A stretch of 45,578 nucleotides of DNA from Myxococcota bacterium (GTDB lineage Bacteria; Myxococcota; XYA12-FULL-58-9; JALHOP01): contig JBGGMJ010000124.1 in assembly GCA_041288095.1 (NCBI GenBank), positions 1 to 45,578 of the forward strand, in the 5' to 3' direction. Shown one piece after another: positions 9,401 to 18,118 of the stretch. Under the pieces are notes generated by a model. It saw nothing but the letters and a program-made list of their open reading frames with translations. It did not search any database and was not told where the DNA came from. Position numbers and translations under genes: made by a program. Every line of letters begins with the position of its first letter. Position 1 is the first letter of the stretch.

Positions 9401-11188
9401 GGTGGCGAGCGACGGGTGCCAGCGCAGATACGTCGTCAGGGGCGCCAGGAGGCGTCGCGACTCGACTGGGCTCAACGCGGCGCGTGCGGCGGGCACGAGC
9501 ACGCGACAAGCACGGTCGGCGCTGCCGGCGTGAAGCTCGTAGACGCAGGCGCGCTCGACGTCGCCTTCACTGTCGAACCAGTCGGCGAGACGACGAGCGC
9601 TGGTCGCGGTCTCGCCGCCGGTGCCGGGCGACACGGGCCGCGCGAGCTGCCAGGCGGGGCCGCGCACGGTCTCGAGCCGCCGGGCAACGTGCCGCGCGAT
9701 GAGCGCGTCGAGGACACGGTCGAGCGACGATGCGTCCAAGCCCGTCGCCGCCAGCAGCGCCCCGCGAGAGAGGCTCTCACTGGTCAACGCCAGCGCGGCG
9801 ACCACGGCGGTTTCGGCGATCGAGAAGGTGATCGAGCGAGACGCCCGCCGACGCGCCTCGTCGATTGCTTGCTCCGGCGCGACGCCGCCGGCGATGGCGA
9901 CGACCACATCTTCGGCGGCGTCGAGCTCGGTAGGGAAAGAGGCCGCGACCGCTTCGAGGCGACTGTCAGCCACCGCTCGGCCTACGCCTCGCCATTCCAG
10001 GATGCGTCGCAACGTCGCGGCATCCACCGTGTCCGGCGGCTCGGCGCCGTCGCGGTAGGCGAGACCCCATCGGCCGCCGATGGACGTGGTGCTCGCGAGC
10101 TCCGCCTCGCCGCGAGCGCTGTTCGCGAAGACGGACAGCACGCGGGTCGCGGCGCCGCCGCGGTCGAGAGCGACGAAGATTGGCTGCTCGCCAGTGGCGC
10201 GCGCGAGGCCCTCGCAAAGCAACGCGGCGCGTGCTTCCACGCTCCCCGCGACTTCAAGCTCGACGCCCACGAGCTCGCCCAAGTACGTGAACCAAGCGTC
10301 CTCGTCGTCGCAGCGCAGCGTCATCGTCGTGAATCCGTCTCGGGCGGCGCGCACCAGGGCGGCATCGAGGCGCTGCGAGTCGCCGCCGGCGCGAACGACG
10401 CGGCGCGTCTCGTCCTGGCGCCATGGGTCGGCGACCGCTGTGTTACGGCGAGCCAATGGCGCGACGTCGACACCCGCGGCGAGGCGGAGCGCGTCGGCGT
10501 TGGGGCGCAGCTCCGGCCGCTGGCTGACGGCCGCGCGCACCAGGGTCGCGACGGCCTGAGGGAGCACGTCATCGAGCCCCCCATGCTCGCCGCCGCGAAA
10601 AACCTCTACCCCCAGCAGACTGACGATGATGCTCGCGCCGAAAGCGTAAATGTCTGCCGCGGCGGACAGAGCCTCACCAGCGACGACCTCGGGCGCGGCG
10701 AAAGGGACGGTGCCAACACCTCGTTCGACGATCTCGCCCGCGAATAGCGAGAAGCCAAGATCGATGAGCCGCGGCGAGGCGCTGCCGCCGTCCAACAAGA
10801 CGTGCGCGGGCTTCAGGTCGCCGTGGGTCCAGCCAACAGCGTGGACGGAGGCGAGCGCTGCCGCCACGCGACCGATGACGGCAACGCGCTCCGGCGTTGC
10901 GGCGGCGCTCAGCGCGTGGTCGAGACGAGTACCAGCGACGTACTCACGAACCAGGGCGAAACGTGCCGCGTCCCAGGCGCCGTAGGCGAGCGAGCGCGGG
11001 ACGGCGTCGTGGCGCAGCAAGAGGCCGGCGGCGTATTCACGGAGCAGGGCGGCGCGCGCGGCCGGGTCGTCACGAGCGACGAGCTTGACGCAAACGAGGC
11101 GCTCGGAGCGGTCGGCGCCGCGATAGCAGACGCCGTCGATACCGCTGCCGAGCTGCTCCTCGAGACGAAAGCCCCGAGAGAGCATCAT
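6494..11188 (-). CDS. Ser/Thr kinase-TPR-GAF-sigma54 activator (AAA+)-Fis HTH fusion
   Basis: HGDLKPAH/DLG/APE kinase motifs; TPR-like helices; GAF (SIACVPL..GAIYLD); GESGAGKE, ESELFG, GAFTGA, WPGNVREL; C-terminal HTH. Confidence 0.92.
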   Translation of the reverse strand: MMLSRGFRLEEQLGSGIDGVCYRGADRSERLVCVKLVARDDPAARAALLREYAAGLLLRHDAVPRSLAYGAWDAARFALVREYVAGTRLDHALSAAATPERVAVIGRVAAALASVHAVGWTHGDLKPAHVLLDGGSASPRLIDLGFSLFAGEIVERGVGTVPFAAPEVVAGEALSAAADIYAFGASIIVSLLGVEVFRGGEHGGLDDVLPQAVATLVRAAVSQRPELRPNADALRLAAGVDVAPLARRNTAVADPWRQDETRRVVRAGGDSQRLDAALVRAARDGFTTMTLRCDDEDAWFTYLGELVGVELEVAGSVEARAALLCEGLARATGEQPIFVALDRGGAATRVLSVFANSARGEAELASTTSIGGRWGLAYRDGAEPPDTVDAATLRRILEWRGVGRAVADSRLEAVAASFPTELDAAEDVVVAIAGGVAPEQAIDEARRRASRSITFSIAETAVVAALALTSESLSRGALLAATGLDASSLDRVLDALIARHVARRLETVRGPAWQLARPVSPGTGGETATSARRLADWFDSEGDVERACVYELHAGSADRACRVLVPAARAALSPVESRRLLAPLTTYLRWHPSLATAEVLRYAVELEERCGELAGVVATEAVLARIDASDDLSQCRALKAAITLGAYDDAWAIAGRAATTSPSASMLLLRARLALHRGELDAAERLTREASTHPNAAATRGELFHMRGLVDFYRGRIKDAERRLRRASRLVEPKADPVGAASIATSRGLAAHKSGKLSRALLHYRRAYRLSRAAGDVTRLPARLLNLGTAAQDAGRLAAAHAHYQEAATLAARVGSDRDRVRVGFNIANLAIQIGALDSAARWLKLTTPLAAERGMRVEVARLHLLDAEIGIANESFDHARAALARFAEFRGERDGQMARHAALVHAKLALLEGDVLHARLAVSDLDLTDAEAALVAARIEACDRGAPPGRAVELATRAMRGSPLLDWQVALVQAELAERAGDDLGLDDAVAVARVNFRRALAALPREHIGDYQRVPANAREVARLSSLWAKARGSGASSLLERVLRINRKLNECADLDELLGAILDEVSALTASERSLALVKREGGMAVLAQRAIANGSDTDFSRGIAEQVIASGRSIVTSDAMADERFMEQRSVRDLRMRSIACVPLLIDGAPRGAIYLDHRARADVFSVDALSVLTAFAEQAALALKSAELRLALLDERRQLEVARSNLANENEALHSSLSRTSEELARTKLHLAAGSDDDGLRAKFSQIVARSRGMLDVLDKVQRFASVPLPIFVHGESGAGKELVARALHTHSPRVEGPFVALNCAAIPNELLESELFGVRRGAFTGALNDREGLFRVADGGTLFLDEVGDMGSPMQTKLLRVLEEGTFRAVGATDEQQTDVRIVCASHRSLSALVAAGRFREDLYYRLAGALIEIPPLRDRADDIPELVRVLLIRAAKEFGIAVPKVKRDVLDALQSYAWPGNVRELDNELRRALALADDELRVGHFSKSVRAALRGLSMSAAKSKRYRDAVATFEKSFLAEALAANDNDPSRAARAIGISRSGIYAKLKQHRLVNDA

Positions 11189-11871
11189 GGAGTCACCACG
11201 ACCTCGATGAACTCCGTGGTGATGCTCGCATCATTGCGATCGAAGCCGTGGACGACGACGGTCTCGCCGAGCTCGGCGTCCAGCCGGATCAGGAAAACGT
11301 CGGGATTGCCGTCGAGCGGGCTGTCGCTCACGCGCGCGATTCCCGCGGCGGTGAAGGCGCGGAAGCGAGGGCGTTCACCGAGGGTCGTGGTGAACGTGCC
11401 GCCGACACCCACCTGGTTGCCGTCCAGGTTCTTGCGCGCGTAGACCCCGGAGATGGTGATGGCGTCGCTCGCCGCCGGTAGGTCGATGCGGGCTGGGACG
11501 CTGACCCCGCCATCGTAGGCCAGGCGCACCTCGAGCTCGTCGCCGGGTTGCGCGTCATTCACACGGCCGACGAACGCGCCGGCGGCCGTGGCGTTGGCGC
11601 GAACCTCGGTCCCGGTGCGGGCCAAGGTCAGCCGCACTTCGGCGCCGTCGACGACCGCGCCGTCAGGACCTGCCATCGCGAAGGCGTTGCCAAGAGCGGA
11701 CGGCGCTATCGTGACGTCGACCAGGTCGACCACCGGCCAAGTTCCACTGCCGGTAGGATCCTTGGTCCCGTCGCCGCAAGCAGCCAGGGTGAGCACCAGC
11801 GCCAGCGAAAGCGCGCCGAAGAGCCAGCGGGAGGGAGTGGTACGCATCATGGGTCTGTGTAGGAGCAACAT
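11185..11871 (-). CDS. Lipoprotein with beta-rich (Ig-like?) domains, coupled to the kinase-bEBP gene
   Basis: LAAC lipobox; ATGA overlap with the bEBP start; GGGAG RBS before ATG 11871 (alternative start 11850). Confidence 0.75.
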   Translation of the reverse strand: MLLLHRPMMRTTPSRWLFGALSLALVLTLAACGDGTKDPTGSGTWPVVDLVDVTIAPSALGNAFAMAGPDGAVVDGAEVRLTLARTGTEVRANATAAGAFVGRVNDAQPGDELEVRLAYDGGVSVPARIDLPAASDAITISGVYARKNLDGNQVGVGGTFTTTLGERPRFRAFTAAGIARVSDSPLDGNPDVFLIRLDAELGETVVVHGFDRNDASITTEFIEVVVTP

Positions 11872-11931
11872 GCAGACCAACTCCCTTGCCCGCGAATATA
11901 CTGACGAAGGATGACCGACGGCACTCAAAGT

Positions 11932-11967
11932 GTCCAACTTTTCGGACGGTCGTCCAAGAATCTGGAC
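11932..11967. promoter_or_regulatory. Tandem enhancer boxes GTCC-N8-GGAC (pair 2; probable autoregulatory site)
   Basis: GTCCaacttttcGGAC and GTCCaagaatctGGAC, 20 bp apart, upstream of a TATATT -10 (11895-11900, minus strand). Confidence 0.75.
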
Positions 11968-11972
11968 AACCT

Positions 11973-12491
11973 TTAGCCGCCTGCGCTGCCGCCGCCACCC
12001 TCTTCGGCGCCACCGCCACCCCCGTCTTCCCCTCCGCCGCCGGTGCCGTCCTCCACGCCGCCGCCGCCTCCCGTACCGTCGGCAGGGCCACCGCTTCCAC
12101 CCGTACCGTCGGCGGGACCCGTGCTACCGCCGGTGCCGTCCACGGGGCCGCCGCTGCCGCCGCTGCCATCCGCTGGGCCGCCGCTACCGCCGATGCCGTC
12201 CAGATTCGACGTGCCGTCCAGCGGGTCGGAGCCGCCGGCTCGCTCTTCGTTGTCGGAGTAGCTGTCGCCGTCACTGTCGGCGTTGAGCGGATTCGTGCCC
12301 TCGTCGAGCTCCTCGCCATCGAGCACGCCATCGTCGTCCGAATCGTCACTACCGGGGTCGGTGCCGATGGCGGCCTCCAGCGAGTCGAGCAGGCCGTCGG
12401 CGTCCGCGTCGCCCTCCGGCGCGGCAGTGCGGCCGCAAGCCGCGATGGCGATCAGACAAGAAGGCAAGATGTAGAAAAGCTTGGATGACAT
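11973..12491 (-). CDS. Lipoprotein with TSP3-like Asp repeats and a Gly-rich tail
   Basis: IAAC lipobox; DADADGLLD/DSDDDGVLD/DSDGDSYSD repeats; AGGAG RBS. Confidence 0.8.
   Translation of the reverse strand: MSSKLFYILPSCLIAIAACGRTAAPEGDADADGLLDSLEAAIGTDPGSDDSDDDGVLDGEELDEGTNPLNADSDGDSYSDNEERAGGSDPLDGTSNLDGIGGSGGPADGSGGSGGPVDGTGGSTGPADGTGGSGGPADGTGGGGGVEDGTGGGGEDGGGGGAEEGGGGSAGG
12041..12190 (-). repeat. Five 30-bp imperfect coding tandem repeats (about GGSGGPADGT)
   Basis: 30-nt period starting at 12041, 12071, 12101, 12131 and 12161. Confidence 0.85.
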
Positions 12492-12546
12492 GAGTCCGCG
12501 CTCCTAGGTGAGCTCGCGACATGCGAGCCGGGTTTCGCGGTCATCA

Positions 12547-12562
12547 AGCGAGATGTGTGCCA
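12547..12562 (-). promoter_or_regulatory. sigma54 -24/-12 promoter for the 12491 lipoprotein
   Basis: TGGCAC-acatc-TCGCT on the minus strand. Confidence 0.65.
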
Positions 12563-12624
12563 AGCACGGTCGCGCCAAGACGCGCGGATCTGGGTGGCGC
12601 GTCCGCTATCGCACACGAGCCGCG

Positions 12625-12660
12625 GACCATGGACCTGGACAGTCGTCCTGAAATTTGGAC
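12625..12660. promoter_or_regulatory. Tandem enhancer boxes (pair 3) between divergent sigma54 promoters
   Basis: GACCatggacctGGAC and GTCCtgaaatttGGAC, 20 bp apart, about 62 bp from each -24 element. Confidence 0.75.
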
Positions 12661-12721
12661 GCGCCCGGCCCATCGCCGCCGCCACCGGGGTTTTTGCTCG
12701 CGGTTCTCGAACGCTCGGCCA

Positions 12722-12737
12722 CGGCACTCCTCTTGCT
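12722..12737 (+). promoter_or_regulatory. sigma54 -24/-12 promoter for the DUF1592-DUF1552 operon
   Basis: CGGCAC-tcctc-TTGCT followed by AGGAGG RBS and GTG 12763. Confidence 0.8.
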
Positions 12738-12762
12738 TCATGCACGAAGCAGGAGGCTCGCC

Positions 12763-14340
12763 GTGCGTTCACTCTGCTTGATCATCGTGATGCTTGCCGG
12801 CTGCACCGGTTGGATCTCGCCGCCGCTCGCGGAGACCAGCGTCGAGACCAGCGCCGAGCCGAGCGCAAGTCCGCTAAGGCGGTTGACTCGCGCGGAGCTC
12901 GCCGCCTCACTGACCCAGGCTTTCGCGATCTCACCCGCGGCGCTCGTCGAGGGCTTGCCGGAGGACATCACCGCCGAGCGTGGCAATCCCTTCGACAACG
13001 ACTATGCCTTGCAGGACGTCGCCACGGCGTACGTCCAGAGCCTCACGGAGTTCGCCGAACGCTACGGTGATCTCGTCGCCTCTCAGCCCGCCCGCGTCGA
13101 CGCGATCGCGGGATGCCGGCCGACCGCCGCGGACGATGCCGCGTGCCTCGGTGCGTTCGTGCAGCGGGCAGGCCGCCTCGTGTTGCGACGCGAGCTCGCG
13201 GCTTCCGATGTCGCGCTCTTTCTCGCTCTCATCGACGAGGCGCGTGCGGCCAATGACTACTACGTCGGCATCGCGGCGGTCGTGCAAGCGCTGGTGCAGC
13301 ACCCAGAGACGATCTTCCGCTTCGAGATCGGTGAGCCCGCGCGCCTCGGCGAGCGTGATGCCTTCTTGCTCGGCGACTTCGAGGTTGCGAGTCGCCTGGC
13401 GTTTCTCGTGTGGGGAGCGGCGCCGGACGAGGCGTTGCTGGACGTCGCGGCAAGCGGAGGGCTCGCCGACCCCGGTGTTCGTCGAGGCGAAGCCCAGCGC
13501 CTCTACGACTCGCCACAAGCGCGCGCCCATTGGCGACGCTTCCACGCGCAATGGCTCGGGTACGCCGATCGCCTTCCCGACCAACTCGTCGCCGATCTCA
13601 CGCTGGAGACCGACACGGTCGTCGACGCCGTCACCCACGACGAGCCGACGCTGGCCTGGTTCGATCTCTTCACCCTGGACCGCAGCTATCTGACTCCGGC
13701 GCTGGCGGCGCACTACGGCATGGCCCCAACCGCGACGGCCACATGGGTACGTTATAGCGGTGGACGGGGTGGAGGTGTGCTCGCGCACGGCATGTTCCTG
13801 CAGCAAGGAGCGAAGTTCGGTGACACCAGCCCGACCCTGCGCGGCTATCGCATCTTGAAACGCGTCCTCTGCGGCGAGCTGGGCGCGCTGCCCACCAGCG
13901 TCGACACCGATGTACCACCCGCCGGCACCTCGCCGTCGGATTGCAAGGAGGAACGCTACACGATGCGCGCGACGCCGGCGTGCGCGACCTGCCACATGGT
14001 GACTGACGGGATCGGGTTCGGCCTCGAGAACTTCAGCGCGACGGGAGCGTGGCGTGAAGTCGAGACCAACAACCCAGCTTGCGCCATCGACGGCGCGGGC
14101 GACGTCCTCGGTGAGAGCTATAGCGGTCCGGCGGAGCTCGGAGCCATCATTGCCGCGAGCGAGGACGCGCTCGCATGCGGCGCCCGTCAGCTCTTTCGCT
14201 TCGCGAGCGGTCGCACCGAGCGCGACGCCGACGAGGACGGCATCGCGGCAATCGCCGAGCTCGTCGCCCAACGAGCGAGCTTCCGCCAAGTGCTGATGAC
14301 GCTCATCGAGAGCCCAATGTTCAACTACCGAACCGAATGA
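12763..14340 (+). CDS. DUF1592/DUF1588-family lipoprotein
   Basis: LAGC lipobox; [47 protein letters not shown] motifs. Confidence 0.88.
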   Translation: MRSLCLIIVMLAGCTGWISPPLAETSVETSAEPSASPLRRLTRAELAASLTQAFAISPAALVEGLPEDITAERGNPFDNDYALQDVATAYVQSLTEFAERYGDLVASQPARVDAIAGCRPTAADDAACLGAFVQRAGRLVLRRELAASDVALFLALIDEARAANDYYVGIAAVVQALVQHPETIFRFEIGEPARLGERDAFLLGDFEVASRLAFLVWGAAPDEALLDVAASGGLADPGVRRGEAQRLYDSPQARAHWRRFHAQWLGYADRLPDQLVADLTLETDTVVDAVTHDEPTLAWFDLFTLDRSYLTPALAAHYGMAPTATATWVRYSGGRGGGVLAHGMFLQQGAKFGDTSPTLRGYRILKRVLCGELGALPTSVDTDVPPAGTSPSDCKEERYTMRATPACATCHMVTDGIGFGLENFSATGAWREVETNNPACAIDGAGDVLGESYSGPAELGAIIAASEDALACGARQLFRFASGRTERDADEDGIAAIAELVAQRASFRQVLMTLIESPMFNYRTE

Positions 14341-14348
14341 GGTCTGCC

Positions 14349-15707
14349 ATGGTCGTGAACCCTCGTCCGCTATCGCGTCGCGCGCTCTTGCGTGGTGCTG
14401 GAGCCATCGTTGCCCTCCCCTTCCTCGATGCCATGCGCGGAGGCATGGCCAGCGCGGCGACCCCGGGCGGCAAACGTTTCATCGTCGCCTACGGCGGCAT
14501 CTCGCATGGCTCGGCGCGAGTCTCCCAACCCGTGGGCACCGGCCCTCTCGGCGTCTTGCCGCGGGCCTTCAGGTCGCTCGAACCCGTGAAGCAACACGTC
14601 ACCATCTTGAGCAAGCTCGCGGTGCCCACCTACAACGACGGGCAAACGCCGCCCCCAGGCAGTCGCAAGAACGAGCAGCATGGCATGATCGCCGCTCCCC
14701 TGCTGAGCGGAGTTCACAGCCGCGATGCCATGCCGGTGATGCCGGTCGCGCACAGCAGGAACATGCCCGGCGTCCCTGGCGCGCACAGCGTCGACCAGCT
14801 GGTCGCCGACGCCATCGGCGGCCAGACGCTGCTCAAGTCGTTGCAGGCACGCGTCCAGACCATCGGTTACGGCGGCGGTGGCTCGAAGGGGATCGTCTCC
14901 GGGCGCATGGAGGGCGGGCTGTCGCGCGCCCTGGCGCCGATCACCAGCCTCGAAACGCTGTACACCACGCTGTTCGGCGGCTCCGCGGCGCTCACACCGA
15001 ACCTGCGGCGCCGCAAGAGCGTCCTCGACCTCGTGCTCGGCGACGCGCAGCGCTTGTCGTCACGGCTCGGGGGCGACGACCGCGCGCGCCTCGAGAGCTA
15101 CTTCACCGAGATCCGCGAGCTGGAGCGTCGCATCGGCGGCGGTGGTAGCTGCGGCGCGGGCCCCATGCCGGCCGACCCGCCGATCGGCGCCAATGCGTTC
15201 GCCGGTTGGTCATCCGAGACGGAGCGAGGTGACGTCATGGCGGACATGCTGGCGATGGCGATGGCCTGCGACGTCACGCGCTCGGTCTCATGGATGCTCA
15301 CCTTCGACCAGTGCTTCATGACCTCGCAACACGCCGCGGGCGTGACCGACGACATGCACGCCTGCTCTCACTCCGGTACCACCGAGAACCTGGCGGACAA
15401 TGCCAACTGGCACGCCGAGCGCTTTGCGCGCCTGGTCGGTCGTCTCGCGAGTCTCGATGAGGGCTCGGGCACGGTGCTCGACCAGACCTTTGCCGTCCTC
15501 GTCTTCGCCGAGGGCGAAAACGCCCACAACTCGTCGGCGATGACCTTCGTCGCCGCCGGCAGCAAAGACACGCTGAAGATGGGCCAGCACATCGACACGC
15601 AAGGCGCGCATCCAGCGACGCTCATGGTGAGCGGCATGCGGGCGGTGGGCATGAACGTCGATCGCCTGGGCGAGATCTCGGGGGAGCTCGGCGCGCTGAT
15701 GGTCTGA
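14349..15707 (+). CDS. DUF1552-family protein
   Basis: LSRRALLRGAGAIVALPFLDAM N-terminus, SVDQLVA, KSVLDLV..DRARLESY..IRELE; usual partner of DUF1592 (alternative start 14337). Confidence 0.88.
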   Translation: MVVNPRPLSRRALLRGAGAIVALPFLDAMRGGMASAATPGGKRFIVAYGGISHGSARVSQPVGTGPLGVLPRAFRSLEPVKQHVTILSKLAVPTYNDGQTPPPGSRKNEQHGMIAAPLLSGVHSRDAMPVMPVAHSRNMPGVPGAHSVDQLVADAIGGQTLLKSLQARVQTIGYGGGGSKGIVSGRMEGGLSRALAPITSLETLYTTLFGGSAALTPNLRRRKSVLDLVLGDAQRLSSRLGGDDRARLESYFTEIRELERRIGGGGSCGAGPMPADPPIGANAFAGWSSETERGDVMADMLAMAMACDVTRSVSWMLTFDQCFMTSQHAAGVTDDMHACSHSGTTENLADNANWHAERFARLVGRLASLDEGSGTVLDQTFAVLVFAEGENAHNSSAMTFVAAGSKDTLKMGQHIDTQGAHPATLMVSGMRAVGMNVDRLGEISGELGALMV

Positions 15708-15728
15708 CTCCCGCGAAGCACGCGCCGC

Positions 15729-16583
15729 TCAGGGGGCTTCGGGCGGCGCCTCGACGTCCTTGGCAAGTGCGCGCGTGAGCTTCGGCCGCACCCCCGTGGA
15801 CGCGAGCAACTGGTCGAGCCGTCGTGCCGCGTCGCCGTTCGACGCGCGCACCTTCTTGCCGATGATCAGCTCGTTCTTGAGCGAATGCTCCCAACCCGCG
15901 AGCTCCGTCACCGTGACGCTGTAACCGTGCGCCTCGAGCGTCAGAGCGCGGATGACGTTCGTGAGGTGGGAGCCGAACTCACGCCGATGCCACGGATGCG
16001 AATGCAGCTCCGCCATGACGGGCGACTCGCCGTCGCGCTCCTTGAGCTGGCGCGCCACCTCGGCCTGGCAGCACGGCACTACGGCGACGTGGTCGGCGCC
16101 GCGCTCGATAGCAAGCGTCAAGGCGTCGTCGGTGGCGGTGTCGCAGGCGTGCAGCGCGACGACCAGGTTCACCCGCGGCGGCAGCGTCGCGCCGGCGATG
16201 TCGGACCCGATGACCTCGAGTCGATCGAAACCAAGCCGCTGCGACCGCTCACGCGCACCGCGCACCAGGTCCTCGCGGGACTCGAGCAGAATCAAGCGCC
16301 CCTTCCCGGCGTCGCGCAGGAACAGCTCGTAGAGAATGAACCCGAGGTAGCTCTTCCCCGCGCCGCAATCGACGACCACCGGCTCGCCGAAGCGCGCGAG
16401 GACGTCATCGAGCGCCGGGCGCACCAGCTGCACCAGGTGATTCACCTGCTTGAGCTTGCGCAAGGTGTCCGCGTTCATGGCACCATCGCGCGTGACGAGG
16501 TGCAGATCCTTCAAGAGCTCGACCGATTGCCCGGGCGCGAGCTCCTTCTTCAGCTCACCGGCTTCGACACGGCGTCGGCTCAC
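15729..16583 (-). CDS. SAM-dependent methyltransferase (Methyltransf_32-like)
   Basis: VDCGAGKSYLGF, ALHACDTATD, VPCCQ; GTG start overlaps the upstream TGA (GTGA). Confidence 0.88.
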   Translation of the reverse strand: MSRRRVEAGELKKELAPGQSVELLKDLHLVTRDGAMNADTLRKLKQVNHLVQLVRPALDDVLARFGEPVVVDCGAGKSYLGFILYELFLRDAGKGRLILLESREDLVRGARERSQRLGFDRLEVIGSDIAGATLPPRVNLVVALHACDTATDDALTLAIERGADHVAVVPCCQAEVARQLKERDGESPVMAELHSHPWHRREFGSHLTNVIRALTLEAHGYSVTVTELAGWEHSLKNELIIGKKVRASNGDAARRLDQLLASTGVRPKLTRALAKDVEAPPEAP

Positions 16584-17335
16584 GGCACACTCCCGGGCCA
16601 GAAGAAGTTGACGATGCCGCGCACCGAGAGCAACACGATCACGGTGCCAACGATGAAGAGCAAGGGTCGCTCGGGCACGCGCTTGGCGACCCGAGCCGCG
16701 ATGGGCGCGGCGAGGACACCGCCGATGAGCAAGCCCGTCATGATCGGCCAAATCGAAAATCCCGAGGTCACCAGAAAGGTCGCCGAGATCACCAGGGTCA
16801 CGAAAAACTCGGCGGCGTTGGACGAGCCGATCGCATAGCGAGCCTTGCTGCCACCGCCGATGAGAGTCGTGGTGACGATCGAGCCCCAGCCGCCGCCGCC
16901 GGCCGCGTCGAGGAAGCCGCCGAAGAAGCCGAGCGTGCGCACGCCTCGAGGGATGCGATGTTCGCGATGGCGGATAGGGAACGCCTTGATCAGGATCCAT
17001 GCACCGGCGAGCAGCAGATAGATGCTGACGGCGGGACGCACGAAGGTCGGCGGAGCCCACCACAACAAGTACGCGCCGATGAACCCGCCGACCATGCCGG
17101 GAATGGCGAGCTGCCAGACCAAGCGCTTGTCGATGTTGCCGATGCGCCAATGGGCGATACCGCTGGCGCCGGTGGTGAAGACCTCGGCGGCATGGACGCT
17201 GGCGCTGGCCGCGAGGGGTGACAAGCCCAGGCTCAAGAGCACCGTGTTGCAAGCGACACCATATGCCATGCCGAGCGCACCATCGACGAGCTGCGCCACG
17301 AAGCCGACCACGATGTACACGAGGAACTCGTTCAC
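16580..17335 (-). CDS. TauE/SafE (TSUP) family membrane protein
   Basis: AQLVDGALGMAYG, GGFLDAAGGGGWG; multiple TM segments. Confidence 0.9.
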   Translation of the reverse strand: MNEFLVYIVVGFVAQLVDGALGMAYGVACNTVLLSLGLSPLAASASVHAAEVFTTGASGIAHWRIGNIDKRLVWQLAIPGMVGGFIGAYLLWWAPPTFVRPAVSIYLLLAGAWILIKAFPIRHREHRIPRGVRTLGFFGGFLDAAGGGGWGSIVTTTLIGGGSKARYAIGSSNAAEFFVTLVISATFLVTSGFSIWPIMTGLLIGGVLAAPIAARVAKRVPERPLLFIVGTVIVLLSVRGIVNFFWPGSVP

Positions 17336-17356
17336 TCGGGCGCTATATCAGCTTCG

Positions 17357-18001
17357 CTAGGCGTCGTCCTTGAATGCTGCTTTGAGCGCGGCCATGCCGG
17401 CTAAGGCCAGCACCGCGCCGCCGGCGATGAGCATGAACGAAGGCGAGCGACCGGCACTGTGCACCATGTTCATGACGCCGGTGAGCGCGAGAAAGCCGCC
17501 ACCACCGAGCGCCGCGATACCGCCGAGGCCGATGGCCGTGTTCTTCATGGAGGCCCAGAAGGTGCCGGAGGTCTTGTCCTCGGCCGCGTGCTGCTCGCCG
17601 CGATAGCGGTCCGGGCGTTCGTAGCGATCATCGTAGCGGTCGTCGCGGCGCCCGCCGTAGCCGTCGTAACGTGGCGGCGGCCGGTCGCAGTCGCGGGGCC
17701 TATCGGCGCGACGTTGGTCGGCGCTGCGCGGTCCACGCTGGTCCTGGTACGGGCGGAACTTGCCGTACTTGTCGTAGTAGCCACGGCGCTTGTCTTGGCG
17801 CTTCCCCGGGCGCTTGCGGCGGCCGTCACCGTCGTCGTCACGACGGCGCTGCTGCTCGATGATGTTGGCCATGAGGTCGTCATGGTCCATGCACACGGCC
17901 GGATCGACGCGCACGCGGAAGGGAATGGCGCGCGAATGATGTTGTTCCGTGAAACCAGCGCCGCAGTCAGCATCAGGCTGACCGAATTGGATCGGGCTCA
18001 T
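17357..18001 (-). CDS. Hypothetical protein: Arg/Asp/Tyr-rich disordered region plus two C-terminal TM helices
   Basis: Fills intergenic gap; hydrophobic Gly/Ala-rich hairpin at the C-terminus; promoter motif upstream. Confidence 0.65.
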   Translation of the reverse strand: MSPIQFGQPDADCGAGFTEQHHSRAIPFRVRVDPAVCMDHDDLMANIIEQQRRRDDDGDGRRKRPGKRQDKRRGYYDKYGKFRPYQDQRGPRSADQRRADRPRDCDRPPPRYDGYGGRRDDRYDDRYERPDRYRGEQHAAEDKTSGTFWASMKNTAIGLGGIAALGGGGFLALTGVMNMVHSAGRSPSFMLIAGGAVLALAGMAALKAAFKDDA

Positions 18002-18081
18002 GTTCGGGGTTCCGAGGTCTCGCCAGCGCTACGACCGCGGCGTTTCCTCAAGTAATCGGCGGGGTGGTGGTAGTCGCGCCA

Positions 18082-18108
18082 TTATCGTGCCGCTCCCAGG
18101 CAGGTTGC
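18082..18108 (-). promoter_or_regulatory. sigma28-like promoter motif B (GCAAC-N14-CACGATAA)
   Basis: gacGCAACctgcctgggagcggCACGATAA; a second -10-like GCCGATTA lies at 18053-18060. Confidence 0.55.
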
Positions 18109-18118
18109 GTCGATCGGT

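Noticed and set aside
7349..10747. 1,132-aa + strand ORF
   Set aside because: Antisense shadow of the kinase-bEBP gene; stop-free because of high GC; no motifs.
16584..17252. Apparent N-terminal extension of the methyltransferase (507-aa ORF)
   Set aside because: Off-frame overlap with the TSUP gene; the GTGA overlap marks the likely start.
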